Positions 25,276 to 37,612 of a DNA stretch of 64,000 bases are shown here, one piece after another. The DNA lies in assembly GCF_963921235.1 (NCBI RefSeq), contig NC_086108.1, forward strand, positions 52,950,001 to 53,014,000, read 5' to 3'. Both the position numbers and the translations under genes were made by a program. Every line of letters begins with the position of its first letter. Position 1 is the first letter of the stretch. The stretch comes from Mobula hypostoma. Taxonomy: Eukaryota. Under the pieces are notes generated by a model. That model saw only the letters and a program-made list of their open reading frames with translations. It did not search any database and was not told the DNA's origin.

Positions 25276-26402
25276 ATAGATTCTTGAGTATCTATGGAGA
25301 TATAGCATGGAAGTTGGTCAAGAAGGTTTAGTCGCTTGGCATTCAACATGAGGTAGTAAATTGAATTAGACATTGGCTTCGCCGGAGAAGCCAGAGAGTG
25401 GTAGTAGATAGTTGCCCCTCTGATTGGAGGTCCGTGACGAGTGGTGTGCCACAGGGATTGGTGCTGGTTCCATTGTTGTTTGCCATCTATATCAACAATA
25501 TGGATAAGTATGTGGTAAACCGGATCAGCAGATTTGCAGATGACACCAAGACTGGGGGTGAGGTGGACAGCAACTTTGTGCAGCGGGTTGAAGGTCTGAA
25601 AATTGGCGGATGGAATTTAAAGGAGACAAGTGTGAGATATTACACTTTGGGAGGACCAACCAGGATAAGTCTTACACATTGAGCGGTAGGGCACTGAGGA
25701 GTGCTGTAGCACAAAGAGATCTGGGAATGCAGATCCATAATTCCTTGAAAGTGGTGTCACAGGTAGAGTGAATCGTAAAGAAAGTTTTCTGTATATTGGC
25801 CTCTATAAATCAATGTACTGAGTACCGGAATTGGGATGTTATATTGAAATTGTATAAAGCATTGATGAGGCCTAACTTGGAACATTGTGTGCCATTTTGG
25901 TCACCTACCTACAAGAAAAATGGAGATACGAGTGAAGGAGTGCAGAGAAACTTTACAAGGATATCGCTGGGACTTGAGGACCTCAGTTATAGGGAATGGT
26001 TGAAGAGGTTGGGATTTCATTGCCCAGAATGTAGAATATTGCGGGGAGATTTGATAGAGGCATGCAAAATGTAAGAGGGCATAGATAGGGTAAATGTAAG
26101 CAGGCTTCTTCCACTGAGATTGGGTGAGACTACAATGAGAGATCATGGGTTAAGGATGAAAGGTGAAATGTTTAAGGGGAATATGAGGGGAAACTTCTTA
26201 GCTCGGTGGTGAGAGTGTGGAACGAGCTGCCAGCACAAGTGGGGGACTGTGGGTTTGATTTCAACATTTAAGAGAAATTTGGAGAGATACATGGATGGGA
26301 GGACATGGTACGCTGCAGGTCAGTGGGACGAGGAAGATTAATGGTTCAGCATGGGCCAAAGGTCCTGTTTCTGTGCTGTAGTGTTCTACGATCTATGATT
26401 CT
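25276..26402 (+). mobile_element. CR1 3' fragment inserted in CR1-X
   Basis: ORFs 25398-25682 (SGVPQGLVL, RFADD) and 25796-26074; tail ttctacgatctatgattct; flanking taagg/taagg. Confidence 0.85.
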
Positions 26403-29400
26403 AAGGTAAGCTCTATAACCCAGGAAACTTTGTGATAAATCTCCTCTCCACCTCTCGAAAGCTTCTATCTTCCTCCTATAATGAGGTGACCAGAACCAAA
26501 CATAATATTCTAAGTGTGGTCTAACCAGGGTTATATAGAGCTGCAATATTATCTTGTGGCTCTTGAACTCAGTCTCCTGACTAATAAAGGTCAAATCACT
26601 ATACATCTTCTTAACCACTCTGTCACCTTGTGTGACAATTTTGAGGAATCTGTAGATGTGGATCCCAAGATTAAGACCATAAGACATAGGAGCAGAATTG
26701 GGCCATTTGGCCCATTGAGTCCCCTCCACCATTTCATCATGGCTGATCCATTTTTCCTCTCTGTCCCAATCTCCTGCCTTCTCCCTGTATCCCTTCATGC
26801 CCCAACCAGTCAAGAATCTATTCACCTCTGCCTTAAATATATATAAAGACTTGACCTCCACTGATTCCACAGATCCATCACTCTCTGGGTAAAGAAAATC
26901 CTCCTCATCTCCATACTTAATCGATGCCCCTATATCCTGAGGATGTTTCCTCTGGTCTTAGATGCCCCCAGCATAGGAAACATCCTCTCCATATCCACTC
27001 TGTCAAGGCCTTCACCAATCAATAGGTTTCCATGAGGTCACCCCTCATTTCTCTGAATTCTAGTGCATACAGGCCCAGAGCCTTCAAATGCTCTTGCTAT
27101 GATAAGCCATTCAATCCTGGAATCATTTTCATGAACCTCCTTTGAACCGTCTCCATTTCAGCACGTCCTTTCTAAGATATGATGCACAAAGCTGCTCACA
27201 ATGCTCCATGTGAGGCCTCACTGGTGCTCTATAGAGTCTCAGCTTAATATACTCGCTATTATATTTTAGTCTTCTTGAAATGAATACTAACATTGCATTT
27301 GACTTCCTCACCACAGATTCAACCTGCAAGTTAACCTTTAGGGAATCCTGCACAAGGACTCCCAAGTCCCTTTGCGCCTCAGTTTATTTTCTCTCCATTT
27401 AGAAAATAATCAACTTTTTCATTTCTTCTACCAAAGTGCATGAACATCCACTTCCCTACACTGTATTCCATCTGCCACTTCTTTGCCCATTCTCCTTATC
27501 TGTCTAAATCCTTCTGTAGATTCTTCACTTCCTCAAAATTACCTGCCCCTTCACCTATTTTCGTATCATCTGCAAACCTTGCAACAAAGCCATCAATTCC
27601 ATCATCCCAATCATTGACATATAACGTAAAAAGAAACGGTCCCAACACAGACCCCTGTGGAACACCACGAGTCACTGGTCATCAACCAGAAAAGACTCCC
27701 TTTATTCCCACTCATTGCCTCCTGCCAAATAGCCACTGCTTTATCCATGCTAGAATCTTACTGTAATACCAAGGGCTCATAACATGTTAAGTAGCCTCAT
27801 GTGTGGCACCTTGTCAAAGGCCTTCTGAAAGTCTAAGTACACAACATCAGCTGATTCTCCTTTGTTTATCCTGCTTGTTATTTCTTCAAAGAATTCCAAC
27901 AAATTTGATTGACAAGATTTTCCCTTGAGGAAACCATCCTGACTACACCCTATTTTATCATGTGTGTTCACGCATCCCGAAACCATATCCTTAACAATTG
28001 ACTCTAACACTTTCCCAACTACTGAGGTCAGAGTAACTGGCCTATAATTGCCTATCTTCCTCCTCTGTCCCATCTTGAAGACTGGAGTGACGTTTGCAAT
28101 TTTCCGCGTCTTCCAGAAACATTAGAGAATCTACTAATTCCTGAAAGATCTTTATTAATGCCTCCATGATCCCTTCAGCCATCTATTTCAGAACCTTGAG
28201 TGTACACCATCTGCTTCTCTACCTTCTTATCTATCTTCTGACCTTTCAGTTTCTCAAGAACCTTCTCTCTAGTACTGGCAACTTCACATACTTCTGCCCA
28301 CTGACACTCTCAAACTTCTGGCATATTGCTAGTGTCTTCCATAGTGAAGACTAGTGCAAAATACTTATTCAGTTCATCCACCATTTTGTGGTCCCCCATT
28401 ACTACCTCTCCAGCTTTGTCTTCCGGAGGTCTGATATCCAGCCTTGCCTTTCTTTTACACTTTATGTATCTGAAGAAACTTTTGGTATCCTCTTTAATAT
28501 TATTGGCTAGCTTACTTCTATATTCCATCTTTACTTCCTTAATTACTTTTTAGTTGCCTTCTGTTGGCTTTTAAAAGCTTCCAAATCCTCTAACTTTCCA
28601 CTAATTTTTGCTCTATTACAGTGGTGCTGGAAAGTTTGTGAACCCTGTAGACTTTTCTGTATTTCTGCGTAAATATGACCAAAAATATGATCAGATCTTC
28701 ATACAAGTCCTAAAACTAGATAAAGAGAACCCAATTAAATAAATAACACAAAAACATTATATTTGTTCATTTATTTTTTGAGAAAAACTATCCAATATTA
28801 CATGTATTTGTTGGACAGAGTATGTGAACCTTTGCTTTCAATAACTGGTGTGACCCCCTTGTACAGTAATAACTTCAACCAAACATTTCCAGTAACTGTT
28901 AATCAGTCCTGCTCATCGGCTTGGAGGAATTATAGGCCATTCCTCCTAACAAAACTGCTACAACTCTGGGATATTGGTGAGCTTCTTTGCATGAACTGCT
29001 TGTTTCAAGTCCTTCCACAATATTTCTATAGGATTAATATCATGACTTTGACTCAGCCATTCCAAAACATGAAGTTTCTTCTTTTTAAAGCATTCTGTTG
29101 TTGATTTACTCTTGTCTTTTGGATCATTGTCTTGTTGCTGTATCTAACTTCCATTAAGCTTCAGGTGATGGACTGATACCCTGACATTCTCCTGTAAAAT
29201 GCCTTGATACAATTTTGAATTCATTGTTCCCTGAATGATCACAAGCTCTACAAGCTCTGAGGCAGCAAAGCAGCCACAAATCACGATGCTCCTTCCACCA
29301 TGCTTCACAGTTGGGATGAGGTTTTGGTATGGGTGTGCAGTGCTCTTTTCCTTCTAAACAGAGCAATGTGCATTTCTACCAAAAAGTTCAACTTCTGTTT

Positions 29401-29477
29401 CATCTGTGCACAGAACTGTTCCAGAAGCACTGCAGAACATTCAGGTGGTCTTTTGCAAACTTGAGATGCACAGTAAT

Positions 29478-30520
29478 CACCCCACCCCGCCAGCCTCCGG
29501 GTCCAACATATTATTCTCCGTAACTTCCGCCACCTCCAACGGGATCCCACCACTAAGCACATCTTTCCCTCCCCCCCCTCTCTGCATTCCGCAGGGATCG
29601 CTCCCTACACAGCTCCCTACACAACTCCCTTGTCCATTCGTCCCCCCCATCCCTCCCCACTGATCTCCCTCCTGGCACTTATCCGTGTAAGCGGAACAAG
29701 TGCTACACATGCCCTTACACTTCCTCCCTTACCACCATTCAGGGCCCCAAACAGTCCTTCCAGGTGAGGCATCACTTCACCTGTGAGTCAACTGGGGTGA
29801 TATACTGCGTCCGGTGCTCCCGATGTGGCCTTTTATATATTGGTGAGACCCGACGCAGACTGGGAGACCGCTTTGCTGAACATCTACGCTCTGTCCGCCA
29901 GAGAAAGCAGGATCTCCCAGTGGCCACACATTTTAATTCCACATCCCATTCCCATTCTGACATGTCTATCCACGGCCTCCTCTACTGTAAAGATGAAGCC
30001 ACACTCAGGTTGGAGGAACAACACCTTATATTCCGTCTGGGTAGCCTCCAACCTGATGGCATGAACATTGACTTCTCTAACTTCCGCTAGGCCCCACCTC
30101 CCCCTCGTACCCCAGCTGTTACTCCTTTTTATGCACACATTCTTTCTCTCACTCTCCTTTTTCTCCCTCTGTCCCTCTGAATATACCTCTTGCCCATCCT
30201 CTGGGTCACCCCCCCGTCTTTCTCCCTAGGCCTCCTGTCCCATGATCCTCTCGTATCCCCTTTTGCCTATCACCTGTCCAGCTCTCGGCTCTATCCCTCC
30301 CCCTCCTGTCTTCTCCTATCATTTTGCATCTCCCCCTCCCCCTCCAGCTTTCAAATCCCTTACTCACTCTTCCTTCAGTTAGTCCTGACGAAGGGTCTCG
30401 GCCTGAAACGTCGACTGCGCCTCTTCCTATAGATGCTGCTTGGCCTGCTGCGTTCACCAGCAACTTTGATGTATGTTGCTTGAATTTCCAGCATCTGCAG
30501 AATTCCTGTTGTTTACGTTT
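29478..30520 (+). mobile_element. 5'-truncated Neptune-type PLE inside Tc1
   Basis: Intact GIY-YIG ORF 29764-30090; 14-bp TSD agatgcacagtaat at 29464-29477 and 30521-30534. Confidence 0.95.
30381..30416 (+). ncRNA. Minimal hammerhead ribozyme
   Basis: agtcCTGACGAagggtctcggcctGAAACGTCgact; predicted cleavage after 30412. Confidence 0.85.
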
Positions 30521-31436
30521 AGATGCACAGTAATGTTTTTTTTTTGGAGAGCAGTAGTTTCTTCCGTGGTATCCTTCCATGAACATCATTCTAGTTCAGT
30601 ATTTTTCTTATAGTGGACTTGTGAACAGAGACCTTTGCAAGTCCTAGAGATTTTGGCATGTCCTTTGCTTTTACCGTTGGGTCCTTTTTCCCCTCCTTCG
30701 ACATTGCATGTTGTGCTCTTGGTGTGATCTTTGCAAGATGCCATTCCTAGGGAGAGTAGCAACAGTATTGAATTTTCTCCATTTGTACACAATTTCTCTT
30801 ACTGTGGCCTGATGAGCACTCAGGTCTTTAGAAATGCTTTTGTAGCCTTTTCCAGCTTCATGCATCGCTACAATTCTTCTTGTAAGGTCCTCTGAAAGTT
30901 GTTTCGATCGATAGATGGTGCATATAAACAGATCACACTTGAGGAGAGCAGGCTATGTCAATAACCTACTTTGTATGCTTTTTTATAGGGCAGGGCACCT
31001 CTACAACCCACACCTCCAATTTCATCTCATTGATTGGAATACCTGACTCTAAATAGCTTTTGTAGAAGGCATTACCCAGATGTTTGTATACTTTTTCCAG
31101 CAAATACATGTAATGTTGGATCATTTTTCTCAATAAGTAAATGAATGAATATAATGATTTTTGTGTTATTTATTTAATTGCATTCTCTTTATCTAGTTTT
31201 AGCACTTATGTGAAGATCTGATCACATTTTAGGTCATATTTATTCAAAAACAGAAAAAATTCTACAGGGTTCACAAACTTTCTAGCACCACTGTGTAAGC
31301 CCTCTCTTTGGCTTTTATGTTGGCTGTGACTTCCCTTATTCACCATAGTTGGGATATACGTATCTAGTGCCTTCCGAATTGCTTCCAGAAATTCCAGCCA
31401 TTGCTGCTCTGCCGTCATCCCTGCCAGTGTTCTTAT

Positions 31437-32240
31437 CAAAGGTCAAAGATCAAAGGTACATTTAATGTCAGAGAAGTGACATCCTGATATACATCCTGAA
31501 ATGCTTTTTCTTCACCATTCAGAAAAGCAGAGGAGTGCCCCAAAGAATTAACAACAGTCAAATGTTAGACCTCAAAGTCCCCCCCCAGCTCCCCCCCCAC
31601 GCGTAAGTAGCAGCAAGCAACAATCCCCCTCCCCCCAGTGGGGGGGAAAAGCATCGGCACCAGCCGCTGAGCACTCAAGTGTGAGCAAAGCAACGGCAAG
31701 GACACAGACTTGCAGTTACCCAAAGACTTCATGTTTCACCCAGTATTCGACATACCACAGGCTCTCTCTCTCCCTAATAAAGGAGAAGGAGGTGTCTCTG
31801 TTTTCACAGTGAGCAGGGAGACATAACAGACAACTCATTGGTTTACGATGTTAAAAGTCTGCCATGTCGCTTTTTTCAAGCTCTGTGCCCAAAGATCATG
31901 AGTCTTTGGGCACACAGCCACAGATATTCCGACTCCCCCAATGATATACCGTTCTCCTGTTGTGACACCGATCCTCGAACCGCCTGTCTCCAGTGCCCCG
32001 AGATCCTAGGCTTCCAAAGCTAAGCCAAATACTTAGGCTGATCCCTTTGGCATGCCAAACAACGGCCAGTCATGAAACTCTGAGAGCGGGTCCCATTCCC
32101 GCAAAGAACCGTAGTCAGCGTGTAACTCCAGGTCAGGGTCATCAAATGAACTCTGAAAGGGAAAAATAAAGATATTAAAGGTGGAAATAGAACTGTTTCT
32201 GAAGGTGCAAGCAAAGGAGACGCCGTTTAGTGCCAGTCAC
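31437..32240 (-). mobile_element. Non-autonomous retroposon (~800 bp) with Rex1-like 3' tail
   Basis: Colinear with 41678-42458 plus 43752-43790 (ggtacatttaatgt..., actccaggtcag...gagatattaaag); no convincing ORF. Confidence 0.65.
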
Positions 32241-33127
32241 TTTGTTTCCAGTCAATTCTGGCCAACTCCTCTCTTATGCCTCTGTAATTCTTTTTACTCC
32301 ACTGTAATACTGATACATCTGACTTTAGCTTCTCCTTCTCAAATTTCAAGGTGAATTCTATCATATTATGATCATGCCCCTAAGGGTTCCTTTACCTTAA
32401 GCTCTCTAATCAATTCCGGTTCATCTCACAACACCCAATCCAGAATAGCCGATCCCCTAGTGGACTCAGTCATGAATTGCTCTAATAACCCTTCTCAGAG
32501 GCATTCTTGAAATTTCTTCTCTTGGGATCCAGCACCAACCTGATTTTCCCAATCTACCGGCATAGTGAAATCCCCCATGACTATTGTAAAATTGCCCTTT
32601 TGGAATGCATTTTCAAATCTCCTATTGTAATTTGTAGACCACATCCTTACTCCTATTTGTGGGTCTGTATACAACTCCCATCAAGATCTTTTTACACTTA
32701 CAGTTCCTTAGCTCTATCCACAATGAATCAACACCTTTTGACCTCATTCCTCTTTTTTCTACACTGTCATTAACCCAACATTATGCTTTCAAATTCGATC
32801 TTTCAAAGTGAATTACTTTGCTCTTTTTTGGGTTGAACTTCACCTGTCCTCTCTCGGGCCAAATCTGCATCTTAGCAATGTCCCGTTGTAACCTACAACA
32901 TTATCCACAGCACCACCAACCTTCATGTCATCTGCAAACTTACTAACCCACTCTTTCACTTCTTCATCTAAGTCATTTATAAAAACACACAGGCAGGTGT
33001 CCCAGAAAAACATCCCTTGCAGAACATAAACAACAGGAATTCCCTGCAGATGCTGGAAATTCAAACAACACACATAAAAGTTGCTGGTGAACGCAGCAGG
33101 CCAGGCAGCATCTCTAGGAAGAGGTGT

Positions 33128-33163
33128 AGTCGACGTTTCAGGCCGAGACCCTTCGTCAGGACT
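33128..33163 (-). ncRNA. Minimal hammerhead ribozyme in the inverted pLTR
   Basis: Reverse complement reads agtcctgacgaagggtctcggcctgaaacgtcgact. Confidence 0.8.
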
Positions 33164-34888
33164 AACTGAAGAAAGAGTGAGTAAGGGATTTGAAAGTTGG
33201 AGGGGGAGGGGGAGATCCAAAATGATAGGAGAAGACAGGAGGGGGAGGGGTGGAGCCAAGAGCTGGACAGGTGGTAGTCAAAGCTCTACGCTTATTTTTG
33301 GATTCCAGACCTAATCAGTTCCCCTCTACCACCACTCTGCTCCGTCTAGCGGAATTAGTCCTTACTCTTAATAATTTCTCCTTTGGCTTCTCCCACTTCC
33401 TCCAAACTAAAGGAGTAGCTATGGGCACCCGTATGGGTCCTAGCTATGCCTGTCTTTTTGTTGGCTTTGTGGAAGAATCTATGTTCCGTGCCTATTCTGG
33501 TATCTGTCCCCCACTTTTCCTTTGCTACATCGACGACTGCATTGGCGCTGCTTCCTGCACGCATGCAGAGCTCGTTGACTTTATTAACTTTGCCTCCAGC
33601 TTTCACCCTGCCCTCAAGTTTACCTGGTCCATTTCCGACACCTCCCTCCCCTTTCTAGATCTTTCTGTCTCTGTCTCTGGAGACAGCTTATCCACTGATG
33701 TCTACTATAAGCCTACTGACTCTCACAGCTATCTGGACTATTCCTCTTCTCACCCTGTCTCTTGCAAAAACGCCATCCCCTTCTCGCAATTCCTCCGCCT
33801 CCGCCGCATCTGCTCTCAGGATGAGGCTTTTCATTCTAGGACGAGGGAGATGTCTTCCTTTTTTAAAGAAAGGGGCTTCCCTTCCTCCACTATCAACTCT
33901 GCTCTTAAACGCATCTCCCCCATTTCACGTACATCTGCTCTCACTCCATCCTCCCACCACCCCACTAGGAATAGGGTTCCCCTGGTCCTCACCTACCACC
34001 CCACCAGCCTCCGGGTCCAACATATATTCTCCGTAACTTCCGCCACCTCCAACGGGATCCCACCACTAGACACATCTTTCCCTCCCCCCCACTGCCTGCA
34101 TTCCGCAGGGATCGCTCCCTACACAACTCCCTTGTCCATTCGTCCCCCCCATCCCTCCCCACTGATCTCCCTCCTGGCACTTATCCGTGTAAGCGGAACA
34201 AGTGCTACACATGCCCTTACACTTCCTCCCTTACCACCATTCAGGGCCCCAGACAGTCCTTCCAGGTGAGGCAACACTTCACCTGTGAGTCAGCTGGGGT
34301 GATATACTGCGTCTGGTGCTCCCGATGTGGCCTTTTATATATTGGTGAGACCCGATGCAGACTGGGAGATCGTTTTGCTGAATACCTACGCTCTGTCCGC
34401 CAGAGAAAGCAGGTTCTCCCAGTGGCCACACATTTTAATTCCACATCCCATTCCCATTCTGACATGTCTATCCACGGCCTCCTCTACTGTAAAGATGAAG
34501 CCACACTCAGGTTGGAGGAACAACACCTTATATTCCGTCTGGGTAGCCTCCAACCTGATGGCATGAGCATCAACTTCTCTAACTTCCGCTAATGCCCCAC
34601 CTCCCCCTCGTACCCCATCTGTTACTTATTTTTATACACACATTCTTTCTCTCACTCTCCTTTTTCTCCCTCTGTCCTTCTGAATATACCCCTTGCCCAT
34701 CCTCTGGGTCCCCCCCCCCGCCTTGTCTTTCTTCCCGGACCTCCTATCCCATGATCCTCTCGTATCCTTTTTGCCTATCACCTGTCCAGCTCTTGGCTCC
34801 ATCCCTCCCCCTCCTGTCTTCTCCTATCATTTTGGATCTCCCACTCCCCCTCCAACTTTCAAATCCCTTACTCACTCTTCCTTCAGTT

Positions 34889-34924
34889 AGTCCTGACGAA
34901 GGGTCTCAGCCTGAAACGTCGACT
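34889..34924 (+). ncRNA. Minimal hammerhead ribozyme
   Basis: agtcctgacgaagggtctcagcctgaaacgtcgact. Confidence 0.85.
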
Positions 34925-36859
34925 GCACCTCTTCCTAGAGATGCTGCCTGGCCTGCTGCGTTCACCAGCAACTTTTATGTGTGTTCCTTGCAGAACATCA
35001 CTGACCTCCAGGCAGAGTATAATCCATCTACACCACCGTCTGCCTAATATAGGCAAGCCAGTTCTGAATCCACACAGTCAAGTTTCCCTGAATTCCATGT
35101 CTCCTGATTTTCTGAATGAGCCTACCATAGGGAACCTTATCAAATGCCTTACTGAAATCTATCTACACCACATCCACTGCTCTACCTTTATCAGTGTGTT
35201 TTGTCAGATCCCCAGAGAATTCAATCAGGCTTGTGAACCTTGACCTGCCCCTCACAATGCCATGCTCCCTAATCAGACTATGCTTCTCCAAATGCTCAAA
35301 AATCCTGTCTCTAAGAATCTGCTCAATAATTTTCTCACCACTGAAGTAAGACTCACTGGTCTGTATGTCCCAGAGTTATATCTTCTTCCTTTCTTGAACA
35401 AAGGATAACTTTTGCTATCCTCCAATCATCTGGTACTACTCTTATGGCCAGTGAGGTTGCAATGGTCATCACCAAAGGCACAGCAATCCCTTCCCTCACT
35501 TCCTGTACTAACTTGGGGTATATCCCAACCATCCTGAGTGACTTATTTTTCCTAATGTTTTTCAAAAGTTCCAGCACATCCTCTTTCTTAATGTTCTAGC
35601 ATATTAGCCTGTTTTATGCTGTCCTTATAATTGTCAAGGTCCCTCCCACTGGTGAATACAGAAGCGAAGTATTCATTCCTCCTCCAACTGCAGGCATATG
35701 TTTCCTCTTCTACTCCTGATCTGTCCTGCCATCACCCTAGTCATCCTCCTGTTCTTCCTTAATCCTACTCATCAAAGCCTTCTCAGGCTTTGATACTTCT
35801 AGATCTCATTCAGTTCTCTCCTAGCTATCTTGTAAATCTCTAGAGTTCCCAGGGTGATCCTTGCTTCCTAAGCCTTAAGCAAGTTTCTTTCTTCCTCTTG
35901 AGCAGATATTCCACTTCTCTTTTCAACCATGGTTCCTTCACCCTGCCTTTCTTAAATGGGACAAACTTATCCAGAATGCTGTGCAAGTGCTCTCTACACA
36001 ACTTCTACATTTCCATTGTGCATTCCCCTGAGTATATCCATTCCCTATTTCCAAGTTCCTGGCTAATAGCATTATAATTCCCCTCTCCAATTAAATACTT
36101 TCCCATACCACCTGCTCCTATCACTGTCCAAGTCTATTGTAAGGGTGTTATGGTCACTGTCTCTGAAATGGTCTCCCACCAAGAGGTCCTACACCTGACC
36201 TGGTTCATTTCCCAGTACCAAATGCAGTATGCCTGTCTATATATTATGCCAGAAATCCTTCCTGGACACATCAAGTATATTCTGCCCCATCTAAATTTTT
36301 GCACCAGGGAGGTACCAATCAATGTTAGGGAAGTGAAAATTTCAAAGTTCAAAGCGTATTTATTATCGAAGTATGTATAATATATACAACATTCACCCAT
36401 GACAACAACCCTGTTTATTTTTGCAGTTTTCCAAAATCTGTCTCGCAGTCTGTTCATCTATATCTCTGTTGCTATAAATATTCCCAATAGAGTGATTGCT
36501 CTCTTCCTGTTTCAGACTTTCACCCACACTGACCCAGTAGACAATCCCTCCACAACGTCTTCCCCTTTCTGCAGCTGTGATACTATCCCGGATTAGCAAT
36601 GCCACTCCATCTCCTCTTTTATCACCCTCCCTGTCCTTTTTGAAACGTCTGAACCATGAAGCGTCCAACAGCTATTCCTGCCCCTGAGACAGGCAAGTCT
36701 TTGTAATGGCCACATCGTAGCTCCATGTGCTGACAACTTCACTGTATTACTACAGGTAATGACAATGGTGAATGTTATCCGTCATGTTTTCCTAGGAGAT
36801 AGAAGAAGGTCATTTGGGCAATCAAGCATCATCTCTTAGAGCAATCCTAATAATCCCGC

Positions 36860-37135
36860 TCCCCAGTTACTTCCCTGTAACCTGCTCTCTCTCGTATACC
36901 TATGCATTAAACAACCTTCATTCTTCTATCACACTACAGCAGGGGTAATTAGCCAACTATCCTATCGACTGTCACAGCTTTGAAATGCAGGAATAAACTA
37001 GAGCAACTGGAGAAAACCCACGTGGTCACAAGGAGCATGTATGATCTCCACACAGAAAATAGCAGTAGTTAAGGTTAAACAGATCGTTGGATGTATACGT
37101 CAGCAGCACTAATTGTTGCCCTGCTGTGCTGCCCT
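36860..37135 (-). mobile_element. V-SINE (HE1-like), decayed
   Basis: Minus strand begins gggcagcacagc and contains a V-domain-like tgtgtggagatcatacatgctccttgtgaccacgtgggttttctccagttgctctagttt. Confidence 0.65.
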
Positions 37136-37612
37136 ATTGAGACATGATCTGTTGAATTTAAGTGATGGGGTGGAAGGGACCCTTATCCTTGTTCTGGGTG
37201 GGAGGAAAAAAAAAGATGAAAACAGAAATATAGGAACAGGCAAGGAATAAACTTTGCCTGATAAATGATATTTTTCTTATTTTCTGCCTCCAACATCTTT
37301 CTCTGTCTATTACAATATATTTGTGAAAAGAACTTTATTGTTCTATAAGTCTCTCTTCAGCCTAGACTTTTAACAGGAGGAAGTAACCCACCTGGTATAT
37401 AAGTTTTGGCAATGTACCACTGTACCGGCAAGTCTCTGTAATGACCACAATGTTGTAGCTCCCATGTGATTTATTGTTTCTTCATCTAAGACACTGGGAT
37501 AAGAGTTTCTCGAATTGATATGCAATGTAAATTAGTTTTTTTTATTGATCTGTAATTTGATCTGCTCTGTTAGTTGAATCATGTCAGGTATTTCTGAATC
37601 ATTTAAAGATGA

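Larger units (their letters stand above)
28619..31293 (-). mobile_element. Tc1/mariner DNA transposon with ~210 bp TIRs (~1.6 kb without the PLE insert)
   Basis: TIRs cagtggtgctggaaagtttgtgaaccc... / ...gggttcacaaactttctagcaccactg; flanks TA and TG; transposase motifs HEAGKGYKSISKDL (HTH), TDETEVELFG, QDNDPK, SHDINPIE. Confidence 0.93.
26671..32745 (-). mobile_element. CR1 (CR1-Y), long ORF2 remnant containing Tc1 and a non-autonomous element
   Basis: Tail taagaccataagac at 26672; ORFs 27129-27365, 27777-28073 ([13 protein letters not shown]...LDFQKAFDKVPH) and 28310-28528; endonuclease remnants to ~32740. Confidence 0.85.
33028..34985 (+). mobile_element. 5'-truncated Neptune-type PLE with an inverted 5' pLTR piece (33028-33272)
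   Basis: RT ORF 33250-34269 and GIY-YIG ORF 34266-34592; 13-bp TSD ccttgcagaacat at 33015-33027 and 34986-34998. Confidence 0.95.
24860..36730 (-). mobile_element. Old CR1 (CR1-X) in pieces ~24860-25275, 26403-26670, 32745-33027, 34986-36730, hosting multiple insertions
   Basis: The pieces are colinear in CR1 order from 3' UTR to endonuclease (ORF 36393-36668 KDREGDKRGDGVALLIRD); duplications taagg and ccttgcagaacat at two junctions. Confidence 0.7.
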
